From the NCBI GenBank assembly GCA_907165135.1, contig OU015569.1, positions 12,834,001 through 12,898,000 on the forward strand: DNA of 64,000 nt, given 5' to 3'. The notes below the pieces were generated by a model. The model saw only the letters and a list, made by a program, of their open reading frames with translations, did no database searches and was not told where the DNA came from. The position numbers were made by a program, and so were the translations under genes. The DNA comes from Oikopleura dioica (taxonomy: Eukaryota; Animalia; Chordata). Below are positions 19,966 to 32,329 of this stretch, piece by piece; the stretch's first letter is position 1; each line of letters starts with the position of its first letter.

Positions 19966-20170
19966 TATTCTTGAAAATCAATTTTTGAATTAGGAATTTC
20001 TGCTTCTCAGTTGAATCTATTTTGCTTCATTTTTGGAAAGGGCACTTGAAACGTGTCTGGTTCCGTTTTATTCGCCGCGATATTTTTCAATTGTTCATTT
20101 ATTTTTAAGCAGATTCGAAATCAAGTGCTAGATTGTTTTCTTTTGAATTAATTGTTTCAGTAAAGAGTTT

Positions 20171-23100
20171 TCAAAAGTCGGAGTTGAGGTGAACAGGTCG
20201 AATGTCGCCAGATCGGTACATCGTTCGGCATTGCGGACATGAAGCTTTCTTGCCCTAGAAATTTACTTTTAGTATGATTTCCATCTGTTATCTCCAAATA
20301 TTATATGTGACGTGCTTTTTTAGGTAAACGAACTTTTTCAGCCCACTTCAGCCTTATAGACCCCCAACAACATACCTTTTAGAGTCAGCGGAGAACTTTG
20401 ATGGTTTTAGATTCTACAAAAGTCCACTTTCTGTCGACTCTAGTGCCGGAAATTGACGAAATTTAGGTGTTATGACAAAAATCTTCCGAGCATCAATTTG
20501 ATAGGTCATACTCTACCATTACACCTAAATTTCTTCAACTACCGGCTCTAAAATCGACCGGAAGTGGAGTTTTCTAGAATCTAAAACCATCAAAGTTCTT
20601 AAAATTCTCTGCCGATTCTAAAAAGGGATGGTGTTGGGGGGTCTATGAGGCTGAAGTGGGCTGGAAAACTTGAGTGTTGAGAGACAAAGATCGCTAGAGT
20701 TTCAAAAAAAAAAATTGAATAAACAAATAAATTATATAATATTAACCAAGTAAAAATGTGGTATGATTTATGGTCTAAAAAATCAATTTTTTTCTGTTTT
20801 GTTTTTTTTTTGAATTTATAATAATAAAGGCATTGTTCAATGTGTTAGAAAACCACCGGATAAGGTCAATTAAACAGCTACTCCGACTTTTTGCCGATTT
20901 TCTGCCCGAAGCTTAAAGAGCCTATTTGAAGATCTTCTTACATGAGCAGTGAGCCAGCTATTGGCGCAACTTCCGCAGAAGACGTGCGAGCATTTCAATT
21001 TCACGGGAGTTCTTTCACCGGAGCTCTCGAACTTCTCCTCGCAGATGCAGCACGAGATCATCTGCTCGTATTTCTTCATCACCTCCGAGTTCACGTTCTT
21101 CAGCGTCATAATTTGGCTTTCCAAGTCTTTGACCAGCGTTTCCGCTTCCAAAGTGTTTTCCGTCTTCTCGAAGTCGTTTTCGATGTCGAAGTCCTGCGCC
21201 GACTCTCGCAAGAAATTCGAGCAAAAGGCACTCAGCTGTCGAATGCGACTTTGTGCTTGCTTCTTTAGCGTTTCAGCTAAATAAAAGCGTTAAGTTTTGT
21301 TCAATTTAGATATTTCATATATTTAAATTTTAAAATAAGGGAAACCACTTATAAATCGACTTCTTGGTAAGGAGGGCAGAGTTCTCTTCCAAAAGCCCAG
21401 GACCTGGAGATCATTTTGACTTCATTACTGCTCCGAGGGAACAAGTAAAGCCCCTCTATCAATAATCAAAATGATTTCTAGGTTTTGAGCTTTCTGGAAT
21501 AGTACAATGTGCCCTTCTAACTCAGCCCAAAAAGGTGTCAATAAATTTATGATTTCCCGTACTCACTATTATAATATATACTTTTGAAGAACCTTCATTC
21601 GTCGTGTAGACGAGTCGTTCTTGAATCACCCGGAAAGTGAGTTCTTGAGTCGTAAACTCTTGTTTCTTCAGTTCGAGCTCTTTCTTCAGCTCTTGCTTTT
21701 CCAACTGTAACTGCTTGATCGTTGCTTCGTACTCGGCGAACTCCTTCACGTCCGTTTCTTTGATTCTCTTTTCGCGCTCTTTCAGCGCGCTCAATTCGTC
21801 CTTCAGCAGCGCGATTTCTTTCGCCTTCGCGCTCATTTTTTGCTTGTGCTTTTCCTTCTCCTCCTTGATTTCGAGCTTGCTCTGGGCGAGGCTGCTCTCC
21901 AAGTTCATGATTCGACTCTTGAGACTCTCGATCAGCGACTGCATCTCGTTCAACCCGTCTTCGTAGTTTTTCTTTTGTCGCTCGGATTCGGCCTTTTTCA
22001 TGTCGATTTCTCCCTTTAGCTTTTCCAGCTGCTCGAGCGCCTTGAGATGCTCCTTCGAATTCTGCTGAGCTGGCGCTTTTTTCGACTTGAGTTCTTTCAA
22101 GTCTTTTGCCAGTTTGTTGTTGTCGTCTTCCAACTCAAGGACTCGGCTCATCAGCTGCGATTCTTTTTCTTTGCTTTCTTTTTTGATCGTCTTGTTTTCT
22201 TCCTGCAGTTTTTTGCGCTCTTCTTTCAGTTTTTCGATCAAGAACTTTTTCGTGTTCAGCTGTTTCTGGTGGCTCGCCTCCAAAGTCTTGTGTTTTTTGA
22301 CCATGTCCTCGATTTCCGCCTTTTCCTTGCAGATCTTCTCAACATTCGCATTGGTCTCGTTCTTCGAAGCGTTGATGCTGTCCAGCGTCTCCTGCAGTTC
22401 TTTTTGAGAGGTTGCCACTGAAATGGCGTTGTCCGAAAGTTGCATAACTTCGTGCACTTGCTTGACTAGCTGTCTGTTTTGCTCCTTGAGCGTTTCCATT
22501 TCGACCTCGCGATCGTGCGCCAATTGTTTTCGGAGCTTGATTTCCTCGGAATGCGTGTTTCGCAGCTGGTTATTTTCCTTTTCCCGGCTCATTTGTGATC
22601 AAGATTTGATGAATCTTTTTTACGATTTTTGTAATAAAAAATATCAGCCGTTCCTTCATAAGCTCAGTCTCAGTTTTGAGTAACTTTTCTTTGCTTAAAA
22701 GAGCGTCGTTTATGTTCATCAGTTTTTGAAGCTTGAGTTCCTCCTCCAACTTCGACACTTTGACGCTTTGATAAGTTCCTTGCGCCTGAAGAGTGGCTCC
22801 AATCGCCTGGGCAAAGCGGTACTCTCGTCTTTGGGCAGCAACGCCCAAGCAGTTGATGTTTTCCGTGTCTGTGAAGGTGATGTCAAGAGGAATTCGGTTC
22901 GCGTCCGAGATTTTCAGAAGTTCGATTTTGTCCTTTTCCGGCGCGTTCGACCTATTTTACCGTTAATTTTGAAATGAAAAATGATATTTTTACCTCGCTA
23001 ATGTGAGCATCAGCGATCTCGGCTCGACAGGAGGGCCGGTCAGGGCTTGAAAAATCGCCTGGCTCTGCGCAAAGTGATAAGGAAAGAGTTTCTGAGCATT

Positions 23101-24572
23101 TGCTTCGAGAGGGTTCGCCCCAACAGCCAAAAGTGTCTCGATCAGCTCCAGCGTGTTCGGTCCATTCTCGATTGCCACGTCTTCCAGTGTCGGCCAGGCT
23201 TCTTGAGGCAGCGCTTGCAAAAGCACTTTGCGGCAAAGGAGACGCTCATTGTCTGTGGAAGTGAAACGGAAGGCAAAAGCATCGAACTCGGGGGTGCACT
23301 CACCGACCACGTTGATTGCTCGGGCGTTGTTGTTGTCCAGCCAGAGCGAATCCGCCCCAAAGGAGAGAAGACATCGGACGCTCTTTTCGCAGGCGACGCG
23401 CGCCGCCAAGTGCAGCAAGTGCATGTTGAACATGACAAGGATTTCCAACGGGACCTCGCTTAAATATGGTGTTAGTTATTTCTTGGCTAAAGTTTTAAAA
23501 GAATTAAAACCTGAACTCAGTTCCAATCGGCGAATCGACCGAGCCACAGAGCTCCTTCATCGCCTGAATGTATCCCTCCCGGTCCGGAGTAAAGCGCCTC
23601 ATGTGCTCAAAAAGACCAGAAATAAACTCGACGCTGCCAACGATGACGGAGATTTTGATCATGTGAAGCATGAAGATCGGATGCGCCATATCGTTGTTTT
23701 CGAGAATAACGCCCATCAGCGGCAAAATGTGGCGCGACTCGTAGTTCAGTGTTTTGTTCAAATAGAGGCCGCCGAAGAACTTGTTGCTCGCCTCGGCGTT
23801 CAGTGCTTCGCGGCGAATGTAGGGAATAAAGAGCTCTAGAATAGCACTGAAACCATTGATGAATGGAATTTCCTTGGAGCCGACTGGACTGTTCGAAATT
23901 AAATAGGCAGAGTGACATTGAAAGATGGCCTCGATGTTCTGAATCTCCATGTATCGCAGCTGAATAAAAGTCAGCTCCGCGAGAATCGTGTTGATTTCTT
24001 CCATCTTTTCGAGGGTCAGCTGCCCGTTCCCGAATTTCGAGTCGATCTTTTGAAGAAGAGTCGTCACGGTGTAAGCCACGTCCTTGACGTTTTGCATACG
24101 GCAGCGTTCTTTGTAGAGAAGCAAGTCTTTTTCTTCGAAAATCAAACATGAGTAGTGGAGCCGCTCCCGGCGCTGGATTGACGTCTCTTCTCTTCTTTGG
24201 CGGCAGCGACGCAAGAGCTCACTTGTTGGAGTTTCCTGAAAAAATACTCAATAAACCAGACTTCAATCAAAATTTTCAGTTTTTTTTAATCTATTCTCTC
24301 TCAGTTCTAACCTTAGCAGGGTCTTCATCATTGCAAGCAGCGGCGTATAAAAGAACATCTTCCTCGGTGAGAAAGTCCGTATCGCCGGGAGTGTCTGGCT
24401 CGGACATTGTGCCTTCGGAAGACATAGAATCTCTTCGCAGTAATCGAAGCGTGTTCGGCGCCTTTCTCTTCATCGAAAGCATCAATTTTCGAAGAGGATC
24501 CATTTTCGTCTCTCCACTCGCCCCAGAAGGCGTCGTCGAGCCCGAGGCCCCTGTTGAATTCGGTGGATCCAT
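20171..24572 (-). CDS. Ankyrin-repeat / long coiled-coil / C-terminal RING-HC protein (putative E3 ubiquitin ligase); start codon provisional
   Basis: LLHLAARVACEKSVRCLLSFGAD and LIETLLAVGANPL (ANK-like); ~350-aa K/E-rich coiled coil; CCIC...KLKCSHVFCGSCANSWLTAH|GKKASCPQCR RING split by intron 20255-20941. Confidence 0.7.
20331..20671. mobile_element. Foldback/MITE, ~340-bp near-palindrome in the RING-splitting intron
   Basis: ~140-bp inverted arms (CAGCCCACTTCAGCC...AAATTTAGGTGT versus ACACCTAAATTT...GGCTGAAGTGGGCTG). Confidence 0.85.
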
Positions 24573-25651
24573 TTGTTTTCAGTTCGAGAATGAGTACTTT
24601 CGCTTTCCGATTGAAAGGGAGCTTTTTTCACTTTTTGAGAAATTATTGTACAGGAGCAGACAAAGGGCGGATCAGCTGTTGGGCTTATCACCTGCAGGGA
24701 AAGCTCACTAGTGATAGGAGCGTGTTCAAACCAGTTCATCGTTCTTGAGCAAATTTAAAAATTAATAAAATCTTAATAGAGTCTTCTTTTTTGGTGAGGA
24801 ATCACTCGAGCATAATGATCATATGATATAAATTATATCATATAATATATAGTCTTTTTGTCTCGGGCGATTTCGTAGTCTGAAACTTAAAAAAAGGTAA
24901 TAAGAAAAAAATACCGTATGAAAGATGAATATCAAACACCAAATCAAAGCTCTTCTTCCCAGTAAACAGCGACGAATCAAAGCATTGAACCCTAACCGCA
25001 ACTTCAATTTTACCAAATTTTTTCAATCGCTTCTCCTCCGGAAGAAGTCTCGATTGTTAGCAAGAATTCTATTTTGAAAAGAAAGCATAAGTTTTGTTGA
25101 AGAAAAATTTTCACGTTTCAACCGACAAAATCAATTTGTCCAAGTCATCTCTGCTCGTCGTTCTCTTAAATTTATTTCCAATAAGTACCAGCCATTTGAA
25201 ATTCGAGCTTTTTAGTACCTTCGCTTTTTAGTACCTTTGAAGGGCGAAAAGTAGTACTTTTTATCAAAATTTTCAAAAAAAAAAAAATAAGTGTCGTTCA
25301 GACTCTCGGATATCTCCAACATATCCAAAAATGACATTTGAAATGGCCCATTTCTCAAAAGCTTCTCTTTTCAACTCTTTTGGATGCGCAAAAATTCGCA
25401 TTTTGCAGCACTAAAAAATAGTCTGAACAAGCAGATCTAGTTATTTTTAATATTTTTGCTCAATTCAACGCTTCATGTAGAGAAAATATTAAAGTGCAAT
25501 TCTGCGTTTGATTTTTCACGCCATAATTTGAGAATCAAACTTTGATTTTGTTTTAATAATGTCAAGTTTGGAACAGATGTACCAAAGAAGAAATTAGAAT
25601 AAATAAATATTAGATTATATAATTATATAATTTATAGATCAGACAGAAATT

Positions 25652-25990
25652 TCAGCTGAAAGTCTTCATCGCTTGATTGACAAAGCCGTCGGAATTAAAC
25701 ATTTGCAAGTGGACGGAATCAATCATCTCCGTCGTCGGCCTAATCCGCGAAACAATCCTCTTCGCCATCTTTTCCTTCTTCTTCTTTCCCTTGACAACAT
25801 CGCCGTTTTCACAGTAAACCGTCAGCGGAATCGAACAGAAGCTTTCCATCGTCTCGAAATTCGGATCTTCGGCTGTTTCTTTTGACGGAAAATAGGCGCA
25901 GCCAAGTTGGTTTTCCTTGTTTTTGAATTTCATTCTTAAAAGGCGCTAATAAGTCTTCTTTGATTTCAAGAGGTATTTGACCTAAGCTCA
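25652..25990 (-). CDS. Possible exons of an uncharacterised gene
   Basis: Coding-like composition and two overlapping ORFs; no recognisable motif. Confidence 0.3.
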
Positions 25991-26886
25991 TCAACCTGTC
26001 AGGTTCTGTAATATGAAATAATAATTTTAAATGGTTATATAACTTAACTAATATTGTAGGGTTAGGGCAAGCCTACTCGGTTTTTAATTTAGGCTGTTCA
26101 AAACCTGACTCAGGTTTTCTACCGTGGGCGATAGATTTCACGACGGAGTCTGTAGGGCCGGCCGGGGATTTTGACTGTTTTGATGAAGTTAAATCACATT
26201 CTCGGGGCAAAATCCTGACCCCTATGTTTCTTATGCTTTTCTGAAAGCCGGTGATCTGGCGAGTCGAATGGTATAAGTTAGGGGTCTTAGTTGGTTGAAA
26301 CCGACCGGGACCTGTAACTTTTAAGGAGGTGTGGGGCGGTTTTCGTGAAATTGACCATTTTCAAACAGCACTCAGGCTCAGATGGATAAAAATTTTTTTT
26401 AAAACTCTTCTTCTACTTAAAGATTGGACCTTAAACAAGAGTTGAAAATTTTTCAGAAAAAATGCTTAAGGGATTTTGGCCATAGAGAGCTCAACTTCAA
26501 GTCATGTCCGTGAAAATCATCATTTTGCGTCATTTTTGAACGCGATTTTTCTAATGAAAATATTTTACTAAGACGATAAAAAGAAACTTCCATCGCTGTT
26601 CTAGAGTTGAATTGAAGGAATTTAATTTTCCTCAAAAAATGCTTATTGTAAGCTTTCGATTGAAAGTTGGGTCTCAAAACGTCCAAAAATTGTAATTCGA
26701 AATTAAGTAAGCTCGTAATACAGTAAGATAACGCAGTCCCTGTTATTATCAAATATACTTAACAAGTCGTGAACTTTCCAAAAATATAAAAATAATTCAA
26801 TTTTTAAGACATTGAAAAATATAATTTCGCAAGTTTTCATGAAAACGCCAACTTCCAATCCCATTTTTCACTATGGCCCATAGTTA

Positions 26887-28082
26887 GGGCCCGCACGGTG
26901 GGAATTCGTCAAAATTTTCCTGTGGACTGTTTCGGATGAAATTTTATGAGGGTGATAGTCGACCCCTAATCAAGAAAAAAACGCAAAAAAAATTTTGAAA
27001 ATTAAGGGTGTCAGCCCGAAAAAAACGATTTTTTTCTAAATCAAAAATTCTTGTTTCCAAGTTAGTTTCGATGCTTCAGACGAGTCAATAATGACATTTT
27101 CGAGCCGAAAATAGTGCTTTGATATTATTAAAATAATAGAAAAATTCGAATGAAAACTTAAAAAATTTTAGATTTAAACTTTAAATTAAATTTTCGGGCC
27201 GTCTCAGCCCCGATCCTTGATTTTTAAATTTAAGGGGCTTGACGGCCCTTCGGGCCGTCTCAGCCCCGATCCTTGATTTTTAAATTTAAGAGGCTTGACG
27301 GCCCTTCGGGCCGTCTCAGCCCCGATCCTTGATTTTAAAATTTAAGGGGCTTGACGGCCCTTCGGGCCGTCTCAGCCCCGATCCTTGATTTTTAAATTTA
27401 AGGGGCTCGACGGCCCTTCGGGCCGTCTCAGCCCCGATCCTTGATTTTTAAATTTTAGGGGCTTGACAAAGGCTGGAACTTTGAGGTGATCAATCTCAGT
27501 TACGTTCCCAACCCCGCCCACCTCCATTTTTTGTTAAAATACAGATTGTTCAAAGTTTTAGCCTCTTTATGGTTTTTATTTGAACTTTGTTCTTATTTGA
27601 AACTGACCTGAGTGCTTCAGCCAGGCGTTCTTTTAGTCACACAGGACCTGATTAAGTTATTTTGTAGATGATTTATCTTAGTGTTAGATCAAAAATTTCA
27701 ATTTATTAATGTTTCGCTATGTATAAGGAAACGTTTTGCGAAAAAAGTTACAATTCAATATAAAAATGATTTTTTATTTGCTCGAATCTTTTGATGCCGG
27801 GAAGTGCCCAATCTAATTTTTTGTTTATATATGTGTTTTTGATGGGCTTTCATGGGATACCCTCAAAAAATTTGATCCGGCTTGATCCGGCCTTCAAAAC
27901 GGCACAAAAAGGGAAAATGTGTCGATTTCCATCGGTTTTTCGCGATTTTTGACGAAAAAACATGATTTTTCGGGATGACGTTATTGAACAAAATTTTTCT
28001 TAGGTGATATCAAGTCGATACCCGAGACTAAAAAATTAATACAAACAACTGAATTTTGACGAAAATCCCACCGTGCGGGCCC
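26887..28082. mobile_element. TA-flanked TIR element containing a 56-bp hairpin array
   Basis: TA|GGGCCCGCACGGTGGGAATTCGTCAAAATT ... AATTTTGACGAAAATCCCACCGTGCGGGCCC|TA. Confidence 0.75.
27193..27467 (+). repeat. 56-bp hairpin minisatellite, ~5 copies
   Basis: Unit GTCTCAGCCCCGATCCTTGATTTTTAAATTTAAGGGGCTTGACGGCCCTTCGGGCC. Confidence 0.95.
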
Positions 28083-28760
28083 TACCCATAGTCTATGGGG
28101 TTTGCCGCTTTCTGTAGGGGGTACTCTGCACATGGCCAGGTGTGAAGCCAGGGCAAATAAGATGCAAGGGGGCACACCGCCCGGGGGACTCATGCTGAGT
28201 GTAGGGGGCGAGTGGCGGACCACGGCCTAGCACCTCGCCCCAGCGTGCACCTCGGTAGGACACGGATCAGCGCCTAATCAGGCCACTCACTCGATCAGAG
28301 CAAGTACCGAGTAGAAGCTCATCGAACAGGATCATCCAAGTTAGGTCCACTTTTTGGGATCAAGAAGGATCAAAAAATAGTTTTTCTTGAAACTTGCCAT
28401 AAAAAATGTGTAGATTTCGAATATGAAGTCATTTTTCATTTTCAATGGCTAGTTTTGAAAATATTTTAAAATGGGGTTCTCCACTTTGTGTTGGAGTCAA
28501 AACTTGCCACCCGGGAAGTGCGGGCAAGGTCTCCAGCTGAGCATATAAGATGCAACGAGCCCACCGACAGGTGATAGCTCTTGCTGAGGCTGCTCTCAGG
28601 CCAAATCGGAGCTTCTCTCGGTGTGAGATGTGGAGCCCATTAGCAAATACTATCTAAGGGCAACTTGAGCCCAAGATCAGGATCAAGCTCAGCTCCGGAT
28701 GAGCCACAAAATTGAAAATATGGAAGACTCAAAATTTAATTTGATAAAATTTCACCCAAT

Positions 28761-29204
28761 AGGGTAATCAAGGGCGTAGATTACGAATCCAAAGCAGAAT
28801 CTGAATCAATCTGAAGGGCATATTTTATATAAGGGCAGGACTCTGTATAAAATTTACTGCCTTTAATATTTCTGCTTTTTAATGCGCTTAGATGATCAAA
28901 CGTCTTTTGCTTGATGAAAGCCTCACCTGGTAATAATCTCCCTGATAATTAAGGGCAGTAATCTTCGCAAAAATCATGCCCTATTCAAAATATGTCCCTT
29001 AGGATCCAGAAAATACCTTTATTTTAAGGGCAGTAAATTTTATAAAGAATCCTGCCCTTATTCAGAATGTGCCCCTCAGGATCCAGAAAATACCTTACGT
29101 ATTTCGAGGGCAGTAAATTTTATAAAAAGTCCTGCCCTTCGCTTTTTGTTCATTAGAAATCTTTTTTGACTTTAGATTCGTAATCTTCGCCCTCGATTAC
29201 CCTA
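28761..29204. mobile_element. TA-flanked MITE with internal AAGGGCAG repeats
   Basis: TA|GGGTAATCAAGGGCGTAGATTACGAATC ... GATTCGTAATCTTCGCCCTCGATTACCC|TA. Confidence 0.75.
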
Positions 29205-29213
29205 TAGCCTATA

Positions 29214-31091
29214 GGTAGGGCTTCCGTATAAAAAAACAAAATTTTGACTGGGCTGACCGAATTGTTTGATATTCGGGAAGGTAATGTATTTTTCAGTGGA
29301 GAAAAATTTTCATTCTGAAAAAAAAATTTTTATCGACGCACGTGATTGTAAAAATGAGAAAACTGATTTTCTCGTCTCGTCCCTTGTCGATTTTTTTCAT
29401 TTTCAGATATGTGAAAGGGCATATTCAAAAACCTAGATTTGTTAAAAAAAATTTATTGCATATGCAATAAAACATCTAAAATATGACTTTATCTTGATAT
29501 TAAGATTTTATAGTTTTAGAAAAGTCCTCCGGAGGACTTTTGCTGGAAGAAATTTTTATGAAGAAGTGATGAAATAAATTAAAAATAATTAAACCAATCA
29601 ATAAACAATAATAATGTTTATTTATAAAAAAATAATGCAATCATGTGACCTCCGGAGGACCTCTGAAAGATCTCCGGAGGATTTTTGGTGGAAGACATAC
29701 AGTCAATATGATATAGAAGAAAAGCTAAGAATAAAGAAGAATGTAAATCTTCGTCTCAGCCCCGTTCCATGATTTTTAAATTTAAGGGGCTTGACGGCCC
29801 TTCGGGCCGTCTCAGCCCCGTTCCATGATTTTTAAATTTAAGGGGCTTGACGGCCCTTCGGGCCGTCTCAGCCCCGTTCCATGATTTTTAAATTTAAGGG
29901 GCTTGACGGCCCTTCGGGCCGTCTCAGCCCCGTTCCATGATTTTTAAATTTAAGGGGCTTGACGGCCCTTCGGGCCGTCTCAGCCCCGTTCCATGATTTT
30001 TAAATTTAAGGGCTTGACGGCCCTTCGGGCCGTCTCAGCCCCGTTCCATGATTTTTAAATTTAAGGGGCTTGACGGCCCTTCGGGCCGTCTCAGCCCCGT
30101 TCCATGATTTTTAAATTTAAGGGGCTTGACGGCCCTTCGGGCCGTCTCAGCCCCGTTCCATGATTTTTAAATTTAAGGGGCTTGACGGCCCTTCGGGCCG
30201 TCTCAGCCCCGTTCCATGATTTTTAAATTTAAGGGCTTGACGGCCCTTCGGGCCGTCTCAGCCCCGTTCCATGATTTTTAAATTTAAGGGCTTGACGGCC
30301 CTTCGGGCCGTCTCAGCCCCGTTCCATGATTTTTAAATTTAAGGGCTTGACGGCCCTTCGGGCCGTCTCAGCCCCGTTCCATGATTTTTAAATTTAAGGG
30401 CTTGACGGCCCTTCGGGCCGTCTCAGCCCCGTTCCATGATTTTTAAATTTAAGGGCTTGACGGCCCTTCGGGCCGTCTCAGCCCCGTTCCATGATTTTTA
30501 AATTTAAGGGGCTTGACGGCCCTTCGGGCCGTCTCAGCCCCGTTCCATGATTTTTAAATTTAAGGGGCTTGACAAAGACCTGGAACTCTGAGTTGATCAA
30601 TCTCAGTTATGTCCCCAACCCCGCCCACACCCATGATTATTAAAATTCAATTTGTCCTTGTTTATTTGCAAATTATGGTTTTTGCGTTAAATTTTGAAAT
30701 ATATATTTTTGAAAAATTTAATTCTATGTCTTCTTCTAAAAAGTTTCTTCCAGCAAAAGTCCTCCGGAAGACTTTTTAACAATAACAAAGTTAATTTTTT
30801 ACTAAAAGTTACTATTTCTGATGATATAAATGGCCAGTCAAAATTTTTTTTATGAAATATTATGTTTTTGATGTTTCTCTATAACTTATCAAAAAATAAA
30901 AAAAATCGACAAGTGACAACGCACAAATGAAAAATCACCATTTTTATTTTTATAATTTTGATATAAAACATTATTTTATTTTATTTCTTTTGCCCCTAAA
31001 AACCTTTTCTTATATTGATTTATCCCTCCCATAATTATTTAAGGAAACAATGAACGGAATCAGAAACAATTTTTTATACGGAAGCCCTACC
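29214..31091. mobile_element. TATA-flanked foldback element (~350-bp arms) enclosing the 15-copy hairpin array
   Basis: TATA|GGTAGGGCTTCCGTATAAAAAA ... TTTTTTATACGGAAGCCCTACC|TATA; inner arm match AAAAGTCCTCCGGAGGACTTTTGCTGGAAG. Confidence 0.75.
29753..30574 (+). repeat. 55-56-bp hairpin minisatellite, ~15 near-identical copies
   Basis: Unit GTCTCAGCCCCGTTCCATGATTTTTAAATTTAAGGGGCTTGACGGCCCTTCGGGCC; units differ only by G3/G4 length. Confidence 0.95.
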
Positions 31092-31570
31092 TATAGGGCA
31101 AAATTTCATCAAATTCTATTTTTGAGTCTTCCATTTCTTCACTCTTGTGGCTCATCCGAGACTGAGCTTGATCCTGATCTTGGGCTCAGTGTACCCTAAG
31201 ATCATATTTGGTGAATGGCTCAACCGTCTCACACCGAGAGTTGCTCTGAGTTGGGGCTAGGAGCAGCCTCCGCGGGAGTTTGCACTTGTCGGTTGGGCCC
31301 TTGCGTCCTGTTTGCTCTGTTGGAGACCTTGCCCTTACTCTCCAGGTGCCAAGTTTTGACCCCAACACAAAGTGGAGTGTGCCTTTAAAATCATGTCGAA
31401 ATCTGCGCCGCTTAATTATGCTTTTTGATCTGAAAGAACCAGCTGAACTTTCATTTATGAAAAAATTTCAGATTGAATTGAAAAACTTTCATTTTTGAAA
31501 AAAATTCATCATTGAAGAAACGTTCTACAACGTTCTCGAATTTTCGCCAAACCGCCTCGTACCTCCTTAA

Positions 31571-31801
31571 GTTAGTCCATAAAAGTATACTGAATTTGGG
31601 CTCATTTAAAAGAACAGCTCGAGATCTATTTGCGGAGCACTTGCGGGTTGAAAAATTCCCAGGGAATAATATTCCAGAGCCACCTAACCACGTGGTGAAG
31701 AATTGAAAACCGGTTGGTTTACCGAGATTTATAGATCCGCAAATAGATCTCGAGCTGCTCTTTTAAATGAGTCCGAAATCAGTATACATTTATGTACAAA
31801 C
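31571..31801. mobile_element. TTAA-flanked MITE inserted into the right arm of the outer foldback
   Basis: TTAA|GTTAGTCCATAAAAGTATACTG ... CAGTATACATTTATGTACAAAC|TTAA; the left arm shows the empty site with a single TTAA. Confidence 0.85.
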
Positions 31802-32051
31802 TTAAAAGTTACAGGTCTCGGTCGGTTCACCCCATATGTTGCATATGATATGATATCATTTGACTCCTCAGATCACGGGCTTTCTCATATGCATGAGAAA
31901 CCCGGGGGTTAGGATTTTGCCCCGAGAATGTGATTTTACTTCATCTTTTGCGCGCATTCTAGTATTTTCCCACGCGTGATGGAGGACTTTTATCGGGTGG
32001 AAGACCGGCCTTGATGGAAGACGAGTGTTTATAAGATGTTTATCAGGGAAG

Positions 32052-32238
32052 GGACTGAGACGGCCCGAAGGGCCGTCAAGCCCATTTCAATTTAAAAGCC
32101 AGGGACGGGGCTGAGACGGCCCGAAGGGCCGTCAAGCCCATTTCAATTTAAAAGCCAGGGACGGGGCTGAGACGGCCCGAAGGGCCGTCAAGCCCATTTC
32201 AATTTAAAAGCCAGGGACGGGGCTGAGACGGCCCGAAG
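32052..32238 (-). repeat. Same hairpin minisatellite family, inverted orientation, ~3.5 copies
   Basis: GGGGCTGAGACGGCCCGAAGGGCCGTCAAGCCC repeated with a different spacer. Confidence 0.9.
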
Positions 32239-32329
32239 AAAAAGAAGAAAAGTTGAATCTAAAGATTTTGTTATTTTTATGATTATACTTCTAATCTTCG
32301 ACAGGTTGTCGAGGCCAGAATATTGTGTT

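Larger units (their letters stand above)
28470..31390. mobile_element. Middle foldback element with ~290-bp diverged inverted arms
   Basis: 28473-28760 is approximately the reverse complement of 31095-31390 (CTCCACTTTGTGTTGG; GAGCCCAAGATCAGGATCAAGCTCAG; GGAAGACTCAAAA). Confidence 0.75.
26181..31945. mobile_element. Outer foldback element of a nested inverted-repeat stack
   Basis: 26181-26355 is the reverse complement of 31545-31945 once the 31571-31801 insertion is removed (e.g. CACATTCTCGGGGCAAAATCCT / AGGATTTTGCCCCGAGAATGTG; GACCTGTAACTTTTAAGGAGGT). Confidence 0.75.

Noticed and set aside
27193-30574. CRISPR-like appearance (palindromic repeat plus spacer)
   Set aside because: Spacers are identical within each array, there are no cas genes, and the context is eukaryotic.
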